Assembly (NCBI GenBank): GCA_964016885.1
Contig: OZ024744.1
Location: 62,248,001-62,312,000 of the forward strand
DNA: 64,000 bases
Reading direction: 5' to 3'
Origin: Eledone cirrhosa
Lineage: Eukaryota
Below the pieces are notes generated by a model. The model ran no database searches. It was not told where the DNA came from and saw only the letters and a program-made list of their open reading frames with translations. The first letter of the stretch is position 1, and every line of letters begins with the position of its first letter. Position numbers and translations under genes: made by a program. This document shows, piece after piece, positions 51,040-63,725 of the stretch.

Positions 51040-51579
51040 GTCATAATGTCGTAATGCAGACATACAGACATATTATAAGGGTGCGGAGTTATAGCTATCT
51101 AATGCGGTTCCTAGGACATTGAAAATTTGAAATATTTTTTGCTCAAAACACTCACACGACCAAAAGTATTACATGTGTAAAGTTTGAAAAAAGTCGGTTG
51201 GGTGGTTCTCGAGTTTCAGGGAGTCAGACAGACATTCTCTGTTTTAGATATATAGACTAGCAGAAAATCACTCGGGGGCGGTTTTCTGCTAGTCTATATA
51301 TCTAAAACAGAGAATCTCTGTCTGTCTGTCAGCTCACTAAAACTTGAGAACCATCCAACCGATTGTTTTCAAACTTTAGACATGTAATACTTATGGTCCT
51401 GTGAGTGTTTTGAGCAAAAATTATTTCAAATTTTCAATGCCCTAGGGACCGCATTAGGCGATTTAGCGTTCTCTCTATATAATTCTCAGTCTTTCTTTTT
51501 AGATAGATACATAGATATAACGTTGCGCCCTTATAATATCGGTCTGTATGTCTGGCTGTCTGCATTACGTCATTATGAC
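51040..51579. mobile_element. Inverted pair of Helitron 5' segments forming a ~540-bp imperfect palindrome
   Basis: Both arms resemble 45085-45371; centre ctagcagaaaa...ttttctgctag. Confidence 0.78.
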
Positions 51580-52228
51580 GCGCTCAGCGCGATTCCCTCG
51601 GCCTCAGTGACCAAAGTTAGTGGAGAGGGGAAGGTAATGTTTCTGTAGCACGTGTTTTAGCGTCTATTCACTCTCTCTCTCCCTCCCTCCCGCTATCCCC
51701 CTCTCGTAGTCTGTCTCTTTCTTTCACTCTCACTCTAAGCACGTGTTTCCACTGTCGGACAGACAGACAGAGAAATTGCTGGTTATATATATAAGTAGAT
51801 AACTGTACTCTCATAGAAAATATACGTTTTAAAAAAAAAACGTTCTGAAGAAATAAAGTCAGGTGGTAGGGCACTAAACTATAGTTTCATGCTCATCGAA
51901 GCTATAAATACAATTGGAAATTATATATATCTATCAACCGATTTGTCAATAAAGAATTTGACTACATGACAAAGAAATCACTTTTATAATCGAACTCTGA
52001 CAAAGGGACATTCTAGAGAAATGAAAGAATGAAGATCAACACACACAAACACAGGCACACATATTTGCATAGACACACACGCAAACACAAATATACATAC
52101 AAATGTATGAATACATGTATGTATATACATGATTGTATATATGAGGGGTCTCACACTGAAGAACTCAAAAGGGCCATTACGCCATAAGTCAAGTAAGGTA
52201 CTCAATACGTTGGTAAAGAAGAAGAATC

Positions 52229-52346
52229 ATTTTATATAGAAATGACCTCTACAGGACTAGAACTGTTTCATTCGTATGAAATCATCAGGATGATTTCATA
52301 CGAATGAAACAGTTCTAGTCCTGTAGAGGTCATTTCTATATAAAAT
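52229..52346. repeat. Perfect palindrome (58-bp arms, 2-nt spacer) with a hammerhead core
   Basis: Minus strand reads CUGAUGA-U-UUC(AUAC)GAA-U-GAAACAG(UUCUAGUC)CUGUA/GAGGUC; same family as 39576-39701. Confidence 0.9.
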
Positions 52347-53166
52347 ATCTTTTGTACGCGCGCACACACGCACGCAGAGCACGCATACACTCACATACAC
52401 AATACAAGTTTATACGATGTATTTATGTATATATTAAACAAACAGAGTGGTGACATGAGAAATGGGAGACTCCTGAACTAAATGACCTACACAATAAGGT
52501 CTCGTGACTACATTCCAAGTTCAAATAGCGCCGTGCTAATTTGCCTTTTCAGTCAACGGTGGAGGTCGTCAAAGTACCAGTAGTTATAGGGAATTCCAGA
52601 TGATAATGAAAAAATGAAAAGGAAAAAAAAAAACGAAAGAAACACGTCACAAGAACGAATATGCCACGTGCATAAAGCAACAAGAAAATGTTAATTTGTA
52701 TTTATAGAATGTATTGAGAGAGAGAGAGAGAGAGAGAGTGAGACGGAGAAATCATGTATAAATGACAATAGGAAATGAATCGAGATCCTAAATATACGCG
52801 AGCACACGTACACAAAGAAATTTAAATCCTTACGTAATACGATGTGTGTGTGTGTGTGTTACGAATGTATATATGCATACAAACACACACATACACGTGA
52901 GGGGGGGGGGGGGTGAATCGGGGGATAACCGCATTTCTATATTAAATATATATAAACATACATACATATATACATATATGAACGTATATACATGAAAAAA
53001 TTCAGGACCCCGACCGCTGAGTTCCGGCCATTTCGACAGCTAGATCGGAACTCATGTATGTATACATATATATTTACACACTCTAGGTATTTAGTGGCAT
53101 GTAAGAAAACAGCCTACCAGATAATTCCACTTTCTACATAAGACCCACGATATGTTTTTGTCATTC

Positions 53167-53197
<31 letters not shown>

Positions 53198-55078
53198 CGT
53201 GTATGGGGTCATATTTGTCATTAAATGATGTATCATATAATACACACACGTGTGTGTATAACAAACATCCGATTTATATAGCCTACTATCGTGCCAAAAA
53301 TTATATTAGTGTTTTCCATTAATTACACGAGCTAAATCAATTAATCGATTAGATTCGTCCATATTGGTTTATATTATAATGCATACAGTATATTTTATTT
53401 AAATATCAAAAGACTACCAACTTGCAGTAAGAAAGGAATCAGAGATACGTTCGTATGGCGAGCTGCCAACAATAATAAGAACCTCGGCTGCCCAGCTACA
53501 CCAAACATCTTGAACGCAACTGGCCGAATAAAATAAGTTTGTCTGTTTGACTATAGGTGCAGAGAAGGAGCAAAAGAGCTACTAACTGGTGTCCCAAATG
53601 AGACATCTACTTTTAATCCATGAGCAAAAGGGTAAAACCTTCCGTTATTTTCTCATCAACTCTAGACAATCCAGCTGGTACCAGAATTGAGGAGATATTG
53701 ACATGAGTCAGAGCTCGTATCAGCTTGGTATGATGAACAAGGCAACTTTGCATTCAGATGACAAGACAATAGATTATGAAGTTCCGTAGAGTTAATAGGC
53801 CTACCACATCGACATTTAAATCCACCCACAGACATCGGTTCCGACTGAGTAGGCCACAGACAAAGCATCAGCCCAGTCCTCGAGAATTCGGCACTCGCAG
53901 AATGTAAGTGGCACTCGGAGAATTGATCAGATTACTAAATAAATAAAAAAAATAAAATAAAACGTCTCTGGAAAATAAGTTGTCCCAGTCTCTGCTTTAA
54001 TCTATTCTACTTATCACCAGAAACTGACAAACCCAGCTTCTTCCGCTGTAGATTTGATCTGATCTGAAAGCCAACGCAGATGATGCAGTCCGTGCAAATA
54101 GAGGAAGCTCAATCCAGAAAGGAATAGCTGACTTATAGAGTGCCCGATCACCACAGCCCTTCATTTTAGTGCTTGGAACTAGAAGTCCACTTAATCTGAA
54201 ACAACAAACTGGTGACTCTTTTTCACTAAACAGTTCAACAGTTTACCAATCTATTAAAGAGCAAGCCTATGACCCCCCCCCCCCCACACACACACTACTA
54301 TATTCTCAGAGAAATGGTCATATTTCTTTCTCACAAATATTCTGGATCAGTTGTCTTCGGCACCAAGTAACGTATTACTACTGTCCAATCGTGGAAAATA
54401 AAGTATGCATTAATGCTTCAGTTACCTTATACTTATGTTCCTCAGATGCGTGTGTGTATGTGAGTGAGTGAGTGTGAGTAAGAGAGATAGTGAGAGTTGG
54501 GGGGGGGGGGGTAGTTTGCATTATACACACACAATGGATTGACGAAATGTGAATAATGAATCAAAAAAGTTGGTCGGGATATTGATTGAAAAATTCAGTA
54601 GACTTAAGTTGAGAAAGAGAGAAAGAGAAAGAATGAGGAGCTATTACAGACGATAGTTTTGTTAAATAATACACTATGATGTAGTGTTTGTGTGTGTATG
54701 TGGGTGGGTGCGCGTTCGCGTATGTATGCGTGTGCGTACACACGTCGATATGTGTTCGTACGCGCGCGTGATTGTGTGTGTACGCGTGTGTGATGTGTGT
54801 GTACGCGCATGTAATGTGTGTGTGTATGCGCGAGATGTGTGTATATGCAAGGAGTAAAAAGAAACAACAACAAAGCAAGCAATACAGTTCAAATAAGAAA
54901 TATATTAATTTAACGCTTGATATTGTAGGAAAAAAGTTTTACCTATCGGACACAAGTCCTTCATCAGAACAGACTAAAGAATGAGAATTAAAGAATGGGA
55001 AATAGAGAATAAGAAGCCACAGAAAAAAATCTTGTCAGCCATTTTGTGTGGGTATGTAATTATATATATATATAATTA

Positions 55079-56156
55079 CACAGTGTAGCAATGTTTTTCA
55101 AGAGCACCATTAGAAAGTACACCTCAGTAGCTGTCTGGTCATTGACGCACGAGGTGCTTAGTAATCGACAAGGCTTCAGAATACGATCGTTGAGCTGATG
55201 TTGAGGAGAGCCTGCATGCCAACCACAAAGCCCCAAAAAATCATTGAATGGTTTAAATACTCTAAAACCATGGTCTACGACCTTGAATATGGGGCCTCAG
55301 AAGACAAGGACGATTTCAGACCAGAACATGAGACACAGAAGAAGCACTCTGGCACCACCAGGATGCCCGAATTCATCACTGACGTTGCCGAGATTGTTAA
55401 GGAGAACCCCAGCAAACGCATGAGGAAAATCGCCAAGGAAATGTGCACCAGCAGGCAAACAATTCAGCCTATTGCTAAAGTGGACTTGAATTAAAAATCT
55501 TATGTGTTCAAGAGATACCAGTTGCTCACCGAAGCGCAGAAGGAAGGGAAGAAGCTGAAGGCGTAAGTCTTGATCAATAAACTCAACCACATGAGCACCG
55601 GAATGCTGAAGTTCTTTTCCAGCGAAAAGAATTTCATCCAGGATATGAAACCGAACCAACAGATTAACAGATGGTTGGCTGAGTCACCTGACAAGTGCCT
55701 ATTATCGTGCACTTTAAGTACCTTGGCATTGTTAGCAGCAAGGGGGATGTCAAGGATCCTGTCTTTGTCCCCAATGGGCTCTGCCTTGGTGCCAATGGCT
55801 ACATGAGGCTCATGGATGTGCACATCAAACCATGGATGGACAGGGTGACCACCCACAAGGCCAGAACTACTCAGGCCTGGCTCTTCACCAACGTGGCGTA
55901 TCACTGGTCGCCCATCTTATGCCCCACCTCATCGACTTTAATCCTCTTGGGTGGAGTGTCTTGGAGAGGGAGATGATCAGGCCTTACAACACCAAGGAGG
56001 TTCTCAAGGAAGACACCAAGGAGGTTCTCAAGGAAGACATCAAGGACGTTATCACCAAGACTTGCTCAAGCTCCCAGTCGCAGCTGGAGAAAATACCGCC
56101 AATTGTGTTCACATCAAGTGATTTTTAAACCTTATATATATGCCTGCCGAACTGTG
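55079..56156 (+). mobile_element. Decayed IS630/Tc1/mariner element
   Basis: HTH-like IVKENPSKRMRKIAKEMCTSRQTI, FFSSEKNF.QD, NQQINRWLA, DFNPL; boundaries tentative (tacacagt/actgtgta). Confidence 0.75.
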
Positions 56157-56180
56157 TATAAAGTTCCATTGAAATATAAT

Positions 56181-56368
56181 TGTTTCTACTTTAGGCACAA
56201 GGCCAGCAATTACCCAGTGCATTACTGGTACTTTATTTTATCGACTCCCGTGTAAGGATGAAAGGCAAAGTCAACCTCGGCGGGATTTGAACTCAGATCG
56301 TAAAGGGAAGTAACTATGCTGGAAAGCATGGCGTCCGACCTTCTACCGATACTGCCAATCCACCGCCC
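56181..56368 (-). mobile_element. Full-length tRNA-derived SINE with 12-bp target site duplication
   Basis: A box TGGCAGTATCGG, B box GAGTTCAAATCC, central gcctttcatcc...gtcgataaaataaagtaccag; TSD ttgaaatataat at 56169-56180 and 56369-56380. Confidence 0.92.
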
Positions 56369-56482
56369 TTGAAATATAATACTTTGTTATATATTTGTTA
56401 TACATTTATATTTTTATGTGTGCCATACTGTATATACATACATGCATGTATGGACACATACACACACACACACACACACACA

Positions 56483-57085
56483 CGGTGGCTGCCAACTCGT
56501 TTTCTAGTACGGCTACTACTTTATATCCATGTAGGAGAACCCCTACCGATGCACTGAACGAGTGTGACTTTTTAGTCCAGCCAGCGACTTGAAAACTCTG
56601 GTACAAACACTACACTTGTGACAATTATTGACACAGTGCTGGGCCCATGGTACCATGTGACGACAAGTGCAGAGAGATCTCCAGATATAAAGCAATGCCT
56701 GTGCCGTGAAGCTTTTATAGTGAGCAAAGGCACTGCACAAAGCCAGTCCCACTCTCTTAACCAAGATGATATTTACCAAAAAGAAGAAAAAGTCAACATC
56801 ATTGGATACCATCAGGGTTGCAGGTGTTATATCAGAGTTTTCCTTCTCCTAGAATTCTGCCTTGACAAAGGCTAAGGAGTCATCTCTTCCGGTGATTTTG
56901 GATGGCCATTGACTCTTAAGAGCTCCTTTGCCCTTGGACAGGTTTTGTTTTTAGTCCTGCAGGATCCAGTCACCCTCCTCACCAAGAAACCTTAGTGGGG
57001 TTGCCAGTTTAGTCGCCAACGACCCGACCATGGGACAGGTTGTACTGGGATACATGTTACCAGTAGCACCAATTGGTGACCTGAC
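56483..57085 (-). mobile_element. Non-autonomous bipartite RTE derivative (5' UTR-like part + 3' end with C2H2 finger)
   Basis: Ends with CSVCTRVFKSLAGLKSHTRSVH* (compare the RTE C-terminus in 57437-58408) and a (GT)n tail; 3' part repeated at 63882-64000, 5' part at 61395-61580. Confidence 0.65.
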
Positions 57086-57347
57086 ATATGTATACATACA
57101 TACATGTATATATACATACATGATGGCTGCCCCCTCGTTATCGAGTATGGCCATTGCACGAGGAGAAAAAAAAAAATAAATAAATAAAAAATTAAATTAA
57201 ATAAAAAAAGAAATATATATATATACACACACACACACATACATACACATATACATTAATAACAATAATAATAACAATAATAATAACAATAATAACAATA
57301 ATAACAAGAATAACAACAATAACAACACACACACACCCACACACACA

Positions 57348-60300
57348 CGATAGCAACTAACAGCGCTGCGATCGAATGTGGCTTTTCAGCCCAGCCAATG
57401 GTCTAAAATGTCTTGCAGAGTCGGCAACCAAAACATTCACTGGGAATAGCCGGCTGTGGTTGGAGTTCGTGTACTTTTGCATGTTGCTTGAGCCCTCCTA
57501 CATTCTCTACCACATGTTTGGTAAGCATGATGAGTAGCATCTCCAACAGCAGCCTGGTAGTCAACCACTGGTCTTACTTTATGACTGCGAAGATGACTTT
57601 CGAGTCCAGCTTTGCTTAGGCAGAGTCTCGCACAGACGCTGCATGTCAGCACCATAGGAGGACCCTTGCCGTCTGGAAGTGCAACAGCAATGCCCTTCCT
57701 CACATCCCGCTTTACTTTCTCGTATGCGATTCGAGATGCCTCAAAGGCAACTTTTCCCTCATATACAGTCTTTCTCCATTTATTACGATCAACAGCAATA
57801 TTTTCCCATGTATCAGCAAAGATGTTAGCGTCTTTCAGAGAGGCTTTCAAGGAATCCTTATACCTCTTTTTTGGTTTATGTGGAGGTCGTTTTCCTTTAA
57901 CTAACTCTCCATAAAAGAGTTGTTTTGGTATTCTAGAATCCTTCATCCTGGCAAGGTGACCACTCCAACGGAGTCGTTGCTTAAGCACAAGAGCTTCTAT
58001 ACTGTCACACATAGAGCTTTCCAAAATCTCGACATCACTGATGTGGTCCCTCCAGTGAACGCCATGGATCCGTCTGAGACACATCTGATGGAAACGCTCC
58101 AATTGCTTAAGGTGGTGTCGATATGTGACCCAGGTCTCGCAGGCATAAAGAAGACAAGAGAGCACACAGGCCCTGTACATCTTTACCTTTGTCCTCCTGC
58201 ATATGTCTCGCCGACCCCAGAGTCGCCTTTCTAGCTTTCCGAAAGCATCACTTGCTTTCCTAATCCTAAGTGAGATTTCACTGTCAAGGTTGCTGTATCG
58301 ATCGACAGTGCTTCCCAGGTAGACAAACTGATCAACCACTCCAAGTCGTTTACCATACACATAGATATTTGGTTCAGTGTACTGCTTACCAGGGGCAGGT
58401 TGGTACATGACGACGGTATTCTTGAGACTGAGTCAATCCTAGGGCAGTGCAAGCGTCAGAAAATGCATTCAAAATGTGCTGCATATCACTCTCTGTGTGC
58501 GCTACAAGATCGCAATCATCTGCATACAAGAGGTCTCTTATGATTGATGTAAATACTTTTGTCTTTGCAGCAAAGCGCCTGATGTTAAATATGCTGCCTG
58601 AGGTTCGATATCGGATGTAAACACCATGCTCGCAATTCCTGAATGCAATACAGAAAACCATTGCAAAGTATATGGCAAACAGGGTCGGTGCTGGAATACT
58701 CCCCCGTTTCACTCTATTTTTTACTGAGATAGGCTCCGACATGTTACCTCCGACATTAACCCAAGCCTTCATGTCGTCATGGAAAGACCTAATTAAAGCA
58801 AGGAACGTATCAGGGCAACCAAGTTTCTGGAGAACCTTCCATAATGCATCTCTTAACAGTATCGAAAGCTTTTGTCAGATCGACAAAAACCTGATACAGA
58901 TCCAAGCCTTGTTCCATGCACTTCTCCTGGAGCTGTCTAGCTGAGAAGATCATATCAGTAGTGCCGCGTCCAGCACGAAAACGAGATCGACTTTCAGGAA
59001 GAACACAATCTGCAATGTGTGTCAGCAGACGGTCCAGAAGCACCCTACATAAAACTTTCCCTACGACAGAAAGCAATGATATACTTCTGTAGTTCCCACA
59101 ATCATTCCTGTTACTCTTTCCCTTGTACAAGACCACCATTACTGCATCTCTCCAGTCCTCAGGTACGGATTCATTAGCCCATATCCCGCCCAACAAAGAG
59201 TGAAGATGTTGCAGGAGTCTCTCACCACCATATTGTAGGAGCTCAGCATGTATGCCATCCATACCTGGAGACCTTCCACTGTTCAGCTTCGAGATAGCCA
59301 CTGCAACCTCCACAAGCGTCGGAGGTTCTGCGAGAGCTACTTTCACAGGACTTTCTGGAATGAGATTGAGGAAATCTTCACTGACGACAGACGGCTGATT
59401 CAAAAGATCATCAAAGTGCTCTCGCCACCTTCGTAGAATTCCTTGTGAGTCACGAAGAAGTTCTTTGCCATCCTTGCTGCGAAGCGGTGTCACCAGAGAA
59501 GAAGACGGTCCATAAACCTCACGCAAGAGACTGTACAACAGCTTTGTGTTATTGGAATCTGACGCAGTTTGTATCTCACCAGCCTTCTCACTCCACCACT
59601 GATCCTTCATCTGAGAAAGACTCCGCCTAACACGTGATTTTACATCCTTGAGTTCCTCATGCAACGTATTCCTCTCTTGTGGTTTTGCCGTCAAGTAGCG
59701 TGACAGAGCACGCCTCTTATCAGCCAACAAGTCTTCTATATATACATCATTCTCATTAAACCAGTCCTGATGTTTTCTCTGCACCAATCCCAGAACACGC
59801 CTGCCTACATCATAAACCGACTTTTTAAGGGTCGGCCAATCCTCACCAAAATCTGCAGCCTGCATCTCTTCTTCCAATGTCCTCTTCACATGTTTATCCT
59901 TAAGACGAGCAGCATTCAATCTTTTGGGCAGGGCAACACCAGGAGCCCGGATTTTACGTTTAGTGATTAGTTTTACTTTTGCGCGTACCAGGCGGTGGTC
60001 CGTCCAGCACTCAGCTCCACGAAGAGCACGAACACACTGCACATCCCGTCTGTCACGCATCCTGATTAGGACGTAGTCCAAAAGATGCCATTCCTTAGAT
60101 GCAGGATGCATCCATGTGGCCTTGAATTTGTTCTTTTGTTGGAACATGGTGTTGGTAACACACAGATCCAGCTCCTCACACATCTGCAGCAGGAGCATAC
60201 CATTGTTATTACACTTTCCCACCCCATGCCTTCCAATTACATTCCATGTGTTGAAATCCCTACCCACTCTAGCATTAAAGTCACCAAGCACGATGACTTT

Positions 60301-60830
60301 GTCTGCCTGAGGGATATTTCTTAAAACACCTTTCAAGGCATGGTAAAAAGACACTTTTTCTTCATCGACAGAATTCATAGTTGGAGCATACACACTCACC
60401 AGGGTCACATATCTTCCTTTGTCCAGCGGAATTCTCATGGACATAAGACGCTCACTAATCCCTACTGGGAATTCTTCTAATTTATTCACAAGAACAGTCT
60501 TAACAGCAAATCCTACCCCAGCCTCTCTTCTGGTTCCTTCATCTCTTCCTTTCCAGAAGAATGTATATTCTCCACAAAATTCTGTAAGATGACCATCTCC
60601 AGCTAACCTCGTCTCAGATAAAGCCACGATGTCAAGATCGTAACGTCGAAGCTCCTTTGTAACAAGAGCGGTCCTTCGTTCAGGACGCTCCAAGGAATCC
60701 CTGTCAAGCAGTGTCCGTACGTTCCAGCAGCCAAGACTAAATGCCTTGTTTGGCTCTATTACAATGGCACGATGACGAGCGGGCCCAGGCTGTGATAACC
60801 TGGGGCCTTTGCCCTTATTGCCAATTATCT
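57348..60830 (-). mobile_element. RTE/BovB-like LINE, nearly complete, frameshifted
   Basis: CWNVRTL, ALSETR, SVYAPT, GDFNARVG, LDYV, TDH, FVDLTKAFD, YADD, FVYLGS, LRWSGH, CSVCARLCLSKAGLESHLRSH in ORFs 58810-60888, 58386-58772 and 57437-58408. Confidence 0.93.
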
Positions 60831-60947
60831 TTTTTGTTCCAGAACCTAAATTGCCAATTATCTCTTTTATATTGTTCTGGAACATCATTGAATTTTGAAA
60901 AAAAAAAAAGTAATGATAATAGTAACAATATTAATAATAATAATAAT

Positions 60948-61308
60948 TGTTTCTACTTTAGGCACAAGGCCAGCAATTACCCAGTGCATTACTGGTACTT
61001 TATTTTATCGACCCCGTAAGGATGAAAGGCAAAGTCAACCTCGGCGGGATTTGAACTTAGATCGTAAAGGGACGTAACTATGCTGGAAAGCATGGCGTCC
61101 AACCCTCTACCGATAATAATAATTGTTTCTACTTTAGGCACAAGGCCAGCAATTATCCCAGTGTATTACTGGTACTTTATTTTATCGACCCCGTAAGGAT
61201 GAAAGGCAAAGTCAACCTCGGCGGGATTTGAACTCAGATGGTAAAGGGACGTAACCACGCTGGAAAGCATGGCGTCCGACCCTCTACCGATACTGCCAAT
61301 CCACCGCC
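60948..61308 (-). mobile_element. Two tandem tRNA-SINE copies (60948-61114 truncated, 61123-61308 full) in (AAT)n
   Basis: Both match 56181-56368. Confidence 0.92.
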
Positions 61309-61394
61309 AATAATAATAATAATAATACACTATTAATAATTATTAATGCACTCGTGCAATGCCTGTGCGTGTCGAATATTTTTAAAGTGAGGAA

Positions 61395-61580
61395 AGACTG
61401 TGCACTGAGCCAATCCCACTCTCTGAGCGACAGTAGCTATAACCCGAAAAGAAGAAAAGATCAACATCATCGGTAACTACTGAGCCGCAGGTTTTATGTC
61501 GGAGTTAACCCAGTTTCCTGAGATGCCTTCTCCTAGAAGAATGTCCTGACAAGGGCTAGGGGTTCTTCACTCTCAGTGGT
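61395..61580 (-). mobile_element. RTE 5' UTR-like fragment related to 56730-56900
   Basis: agccaatcccactctc...aaaagaagaaaa..tcaacatcat.gg...ccttctcctagaa...tgacaagggctagg. Confidence 0.65.
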
Positions 61581-61724
61581 TTAACTGCGCGATCGGGCAT
61601 CCAGCCCGATTATTTCTATGTCCCCGCGCAAAAAAAAAAAACTCACTTATTGACACTTATACGTACGACATACACACACGCGCATACATACGCGCGCACA
61701 CAGCAACACTCATACATACAAACA

Positions 61725-61982
61725 AACACACGCTACTCACTTACAAACAAACACACGCTACTCACTTACACACACACACACACAACTCACTTACACACAC
61801 ACACACAACTCACTTACACACACACAACTCACTTACACACACACAACTCACTTACACACACACAACTCACTTACACACACACAACTCACTTACACACACA
61901 CAACTTACTTACACACACACAACTTACTTACACACACAACTTACTTACACACACACAACTTACTTACACACACACAACTTAC

Positions 61983-62020
<38 letters not shown>
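61725..62020. repeat. Minisatellite (ACACACACAACTCACTT)n grading into (CA)n
   Basis: Seen directly; units of 15-21 nt, with a CTCACTT to CTTACTT switch midway. Confidence 0.9.
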
Positions 62021-62027
<7 letters not shown>

Positions 62028-62057
62028 TATATATATATTACCGTCATTATTGATACA

Positions 62058-62222
62058 GGCGGTGGATTGGCAGTATTGGGAGAGGGTCGGACGCCATGCT
62101 TTGACGGCCTTTGCCATTCTGAGTTCAAATCCCGCCGAGGTTAACTTTGCCTTACATACTTACGGGGTCGACAAAATAAAATACCAGTAATGCACTGGGG
62201 TCTTGTGCCTAACGTAGAAACA
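62058..62222 (+). mobile_element. tRNA-SINE, diverged and slightly shorter
   Basis: ggcggtggattggcagtattgg...gagttcaaatcccgccgagg...gtgcctaacgtagaaac; a more diverged copy follows at about 62330-62470. Confidence 0.85.
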
Positions 62223-62565
62223 ATTACTGATACAAGATTACAAGATTATGTCAAATGTTGACTTGAAAGAGTTCGTATAGTTGAAGCCGTTCGTATTACA
62301 GTCCAGTATTATTATAATTGCTTTCCAGCATAGAGCTATGGCTCTCCACGCTCTGAGCTTAAATCCTGCCGAGATTCAACCTTGCCCTTCATCCCCACGG
62401 AGTCAACAAAAGAGAGTACCAGTAATGCGCTGGACCAGTCGCTGGATCCGTGCCAAAAGCAGAAAAATTATTATTATTAAAGTTGTTTTCTTAAGGCCCG
62501 GTCGCTGGTGATGGCGACGGCGGTGGTGGTGGTGGAGGTGGTGGTGGCAGTTGATGTTGTTGTGT

Positions 62566-62596
<31 letters not shown>

Positions 62597-62657
62597 TTTG
62601 TTATTTTGAGTTTTTGTTGGTTTGTGATTTGTTTTTGATTTTTTTTTTATCGTTTGA

Positions 62658-63725
62658 CTAGCATTAAAGCCCGGCGTTGCTCGGGGTCAGTAAGTAACCA
62701 AAGTTAGGTTGCACCACCCATTTTATGGCAGCACTTTTTTGTCTGCCAGGCACTGGGTGAATGAGTTGCAGACCTGGACTGCCGAAGCAAGAGCTGTGCC
62801 AGCAGTGACAATTGTAGTTTCGCCTATGGATATTATCTCTGTGCAAAGTGTTGAAATTTATTGTTTCACAGTACTTGCGCAACACGCGCGTAGACGATGC
62901 CAGCCGAACAACAGAGCTGCGATGGAGTTGTTCTGCATGGTTGTCTAATGCGTGTTTTCTAAATTTAAAACAGTAGGGAGGGGTGAGATAGGGGGGAGAG
63001 TTAGCTGCTGTTTCTAGCAGGTTTAGTGAACCCATAGAGTATATTATTGCCAGCCGAACAACAGACCTGCGATGGAGTTGTTCTGCATGGTTGTCTAATG
63101 TGTGTTTTCTAAATTTAAAACAGTAGGGAGGGGTGAGATATGGGGGAGAGTTAGCTGCTGTTTCTAGAAGGTTTAGTGAACCCATAGAGTATATTATTGT
63201 GTATAGTAAATAAATTGATACTTCTTTCTTCCACGTTCGTTGAGAGATGTTTTTAAAAAGATTTATCGCTGTTTTATTTGTTGTTGAATAAATTTATCTG
63301 TTGCTTTTGAATAATTGTTGTTTCGTATGAAATGTAATAATCTTTGTTGTCATTGAAGTAAATAAATGTTTGACCGTTCCACACTCAAAAACAAACGCGC
63401 GCTCTCTCTCTCTCTCTCTCTCTCCAGCGTTCCTAAAGGAAGTTTGTAAGTTTAAGCGTATATGAGAAAGTTGCATCATGTATGTAGTTTTATCGAATTT
63501 TAAGGGGAGTAGAGAGAGATAAGCAGATTCTATTAGAGGGGTGAAGCGTCATGTATTTAGTTTTATCGATTATTTCCGTAATTGTGGGTGAGTTTAAAAT
63601 AAATAAATAGTCGTTGACCCAAGTTAGACCATTTACAACATTCAGTCGAATCGGTTTGAAATTGTGCAAATGTATAAAATTGAAACATACATACAGACAC
63701 AAAAATCTGCCTTTTATAGATAATG
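62658..63725 (-). mobile_element. Non-autonomous Helitron with an internal ~150-bp tandem duplication
   Basis: Minus-strand end CCGAGCAACGCCGG hairpin-...-CTAG|T at 62658; Helitron-like 5' region acatacatacagacac...ttttatagata; duplication 62898-63198. Confidence 0.6.

Noticed and set aside
53420-54170. Moderately GC-rich unique-looking stretch as an exon or element
   Set aside because: No sustained ORF, motif or second copy in the window
56181-56368. tRNA gene
   Set aside because: A and B boxes are present but there is no cloverleaf; multi-copy with tail and TSD, so a SINE
56543-56812. Host C2H2 zinc-finger gene exon
   Set aside because: Single finger matching RTE C-termini, followed by a repeat tail duplicated at 63882
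61725-62020. Telomere-like repeat
   Set aside because: The unit is a CA-derived minisatellite, not TTAGGG/TTAGG
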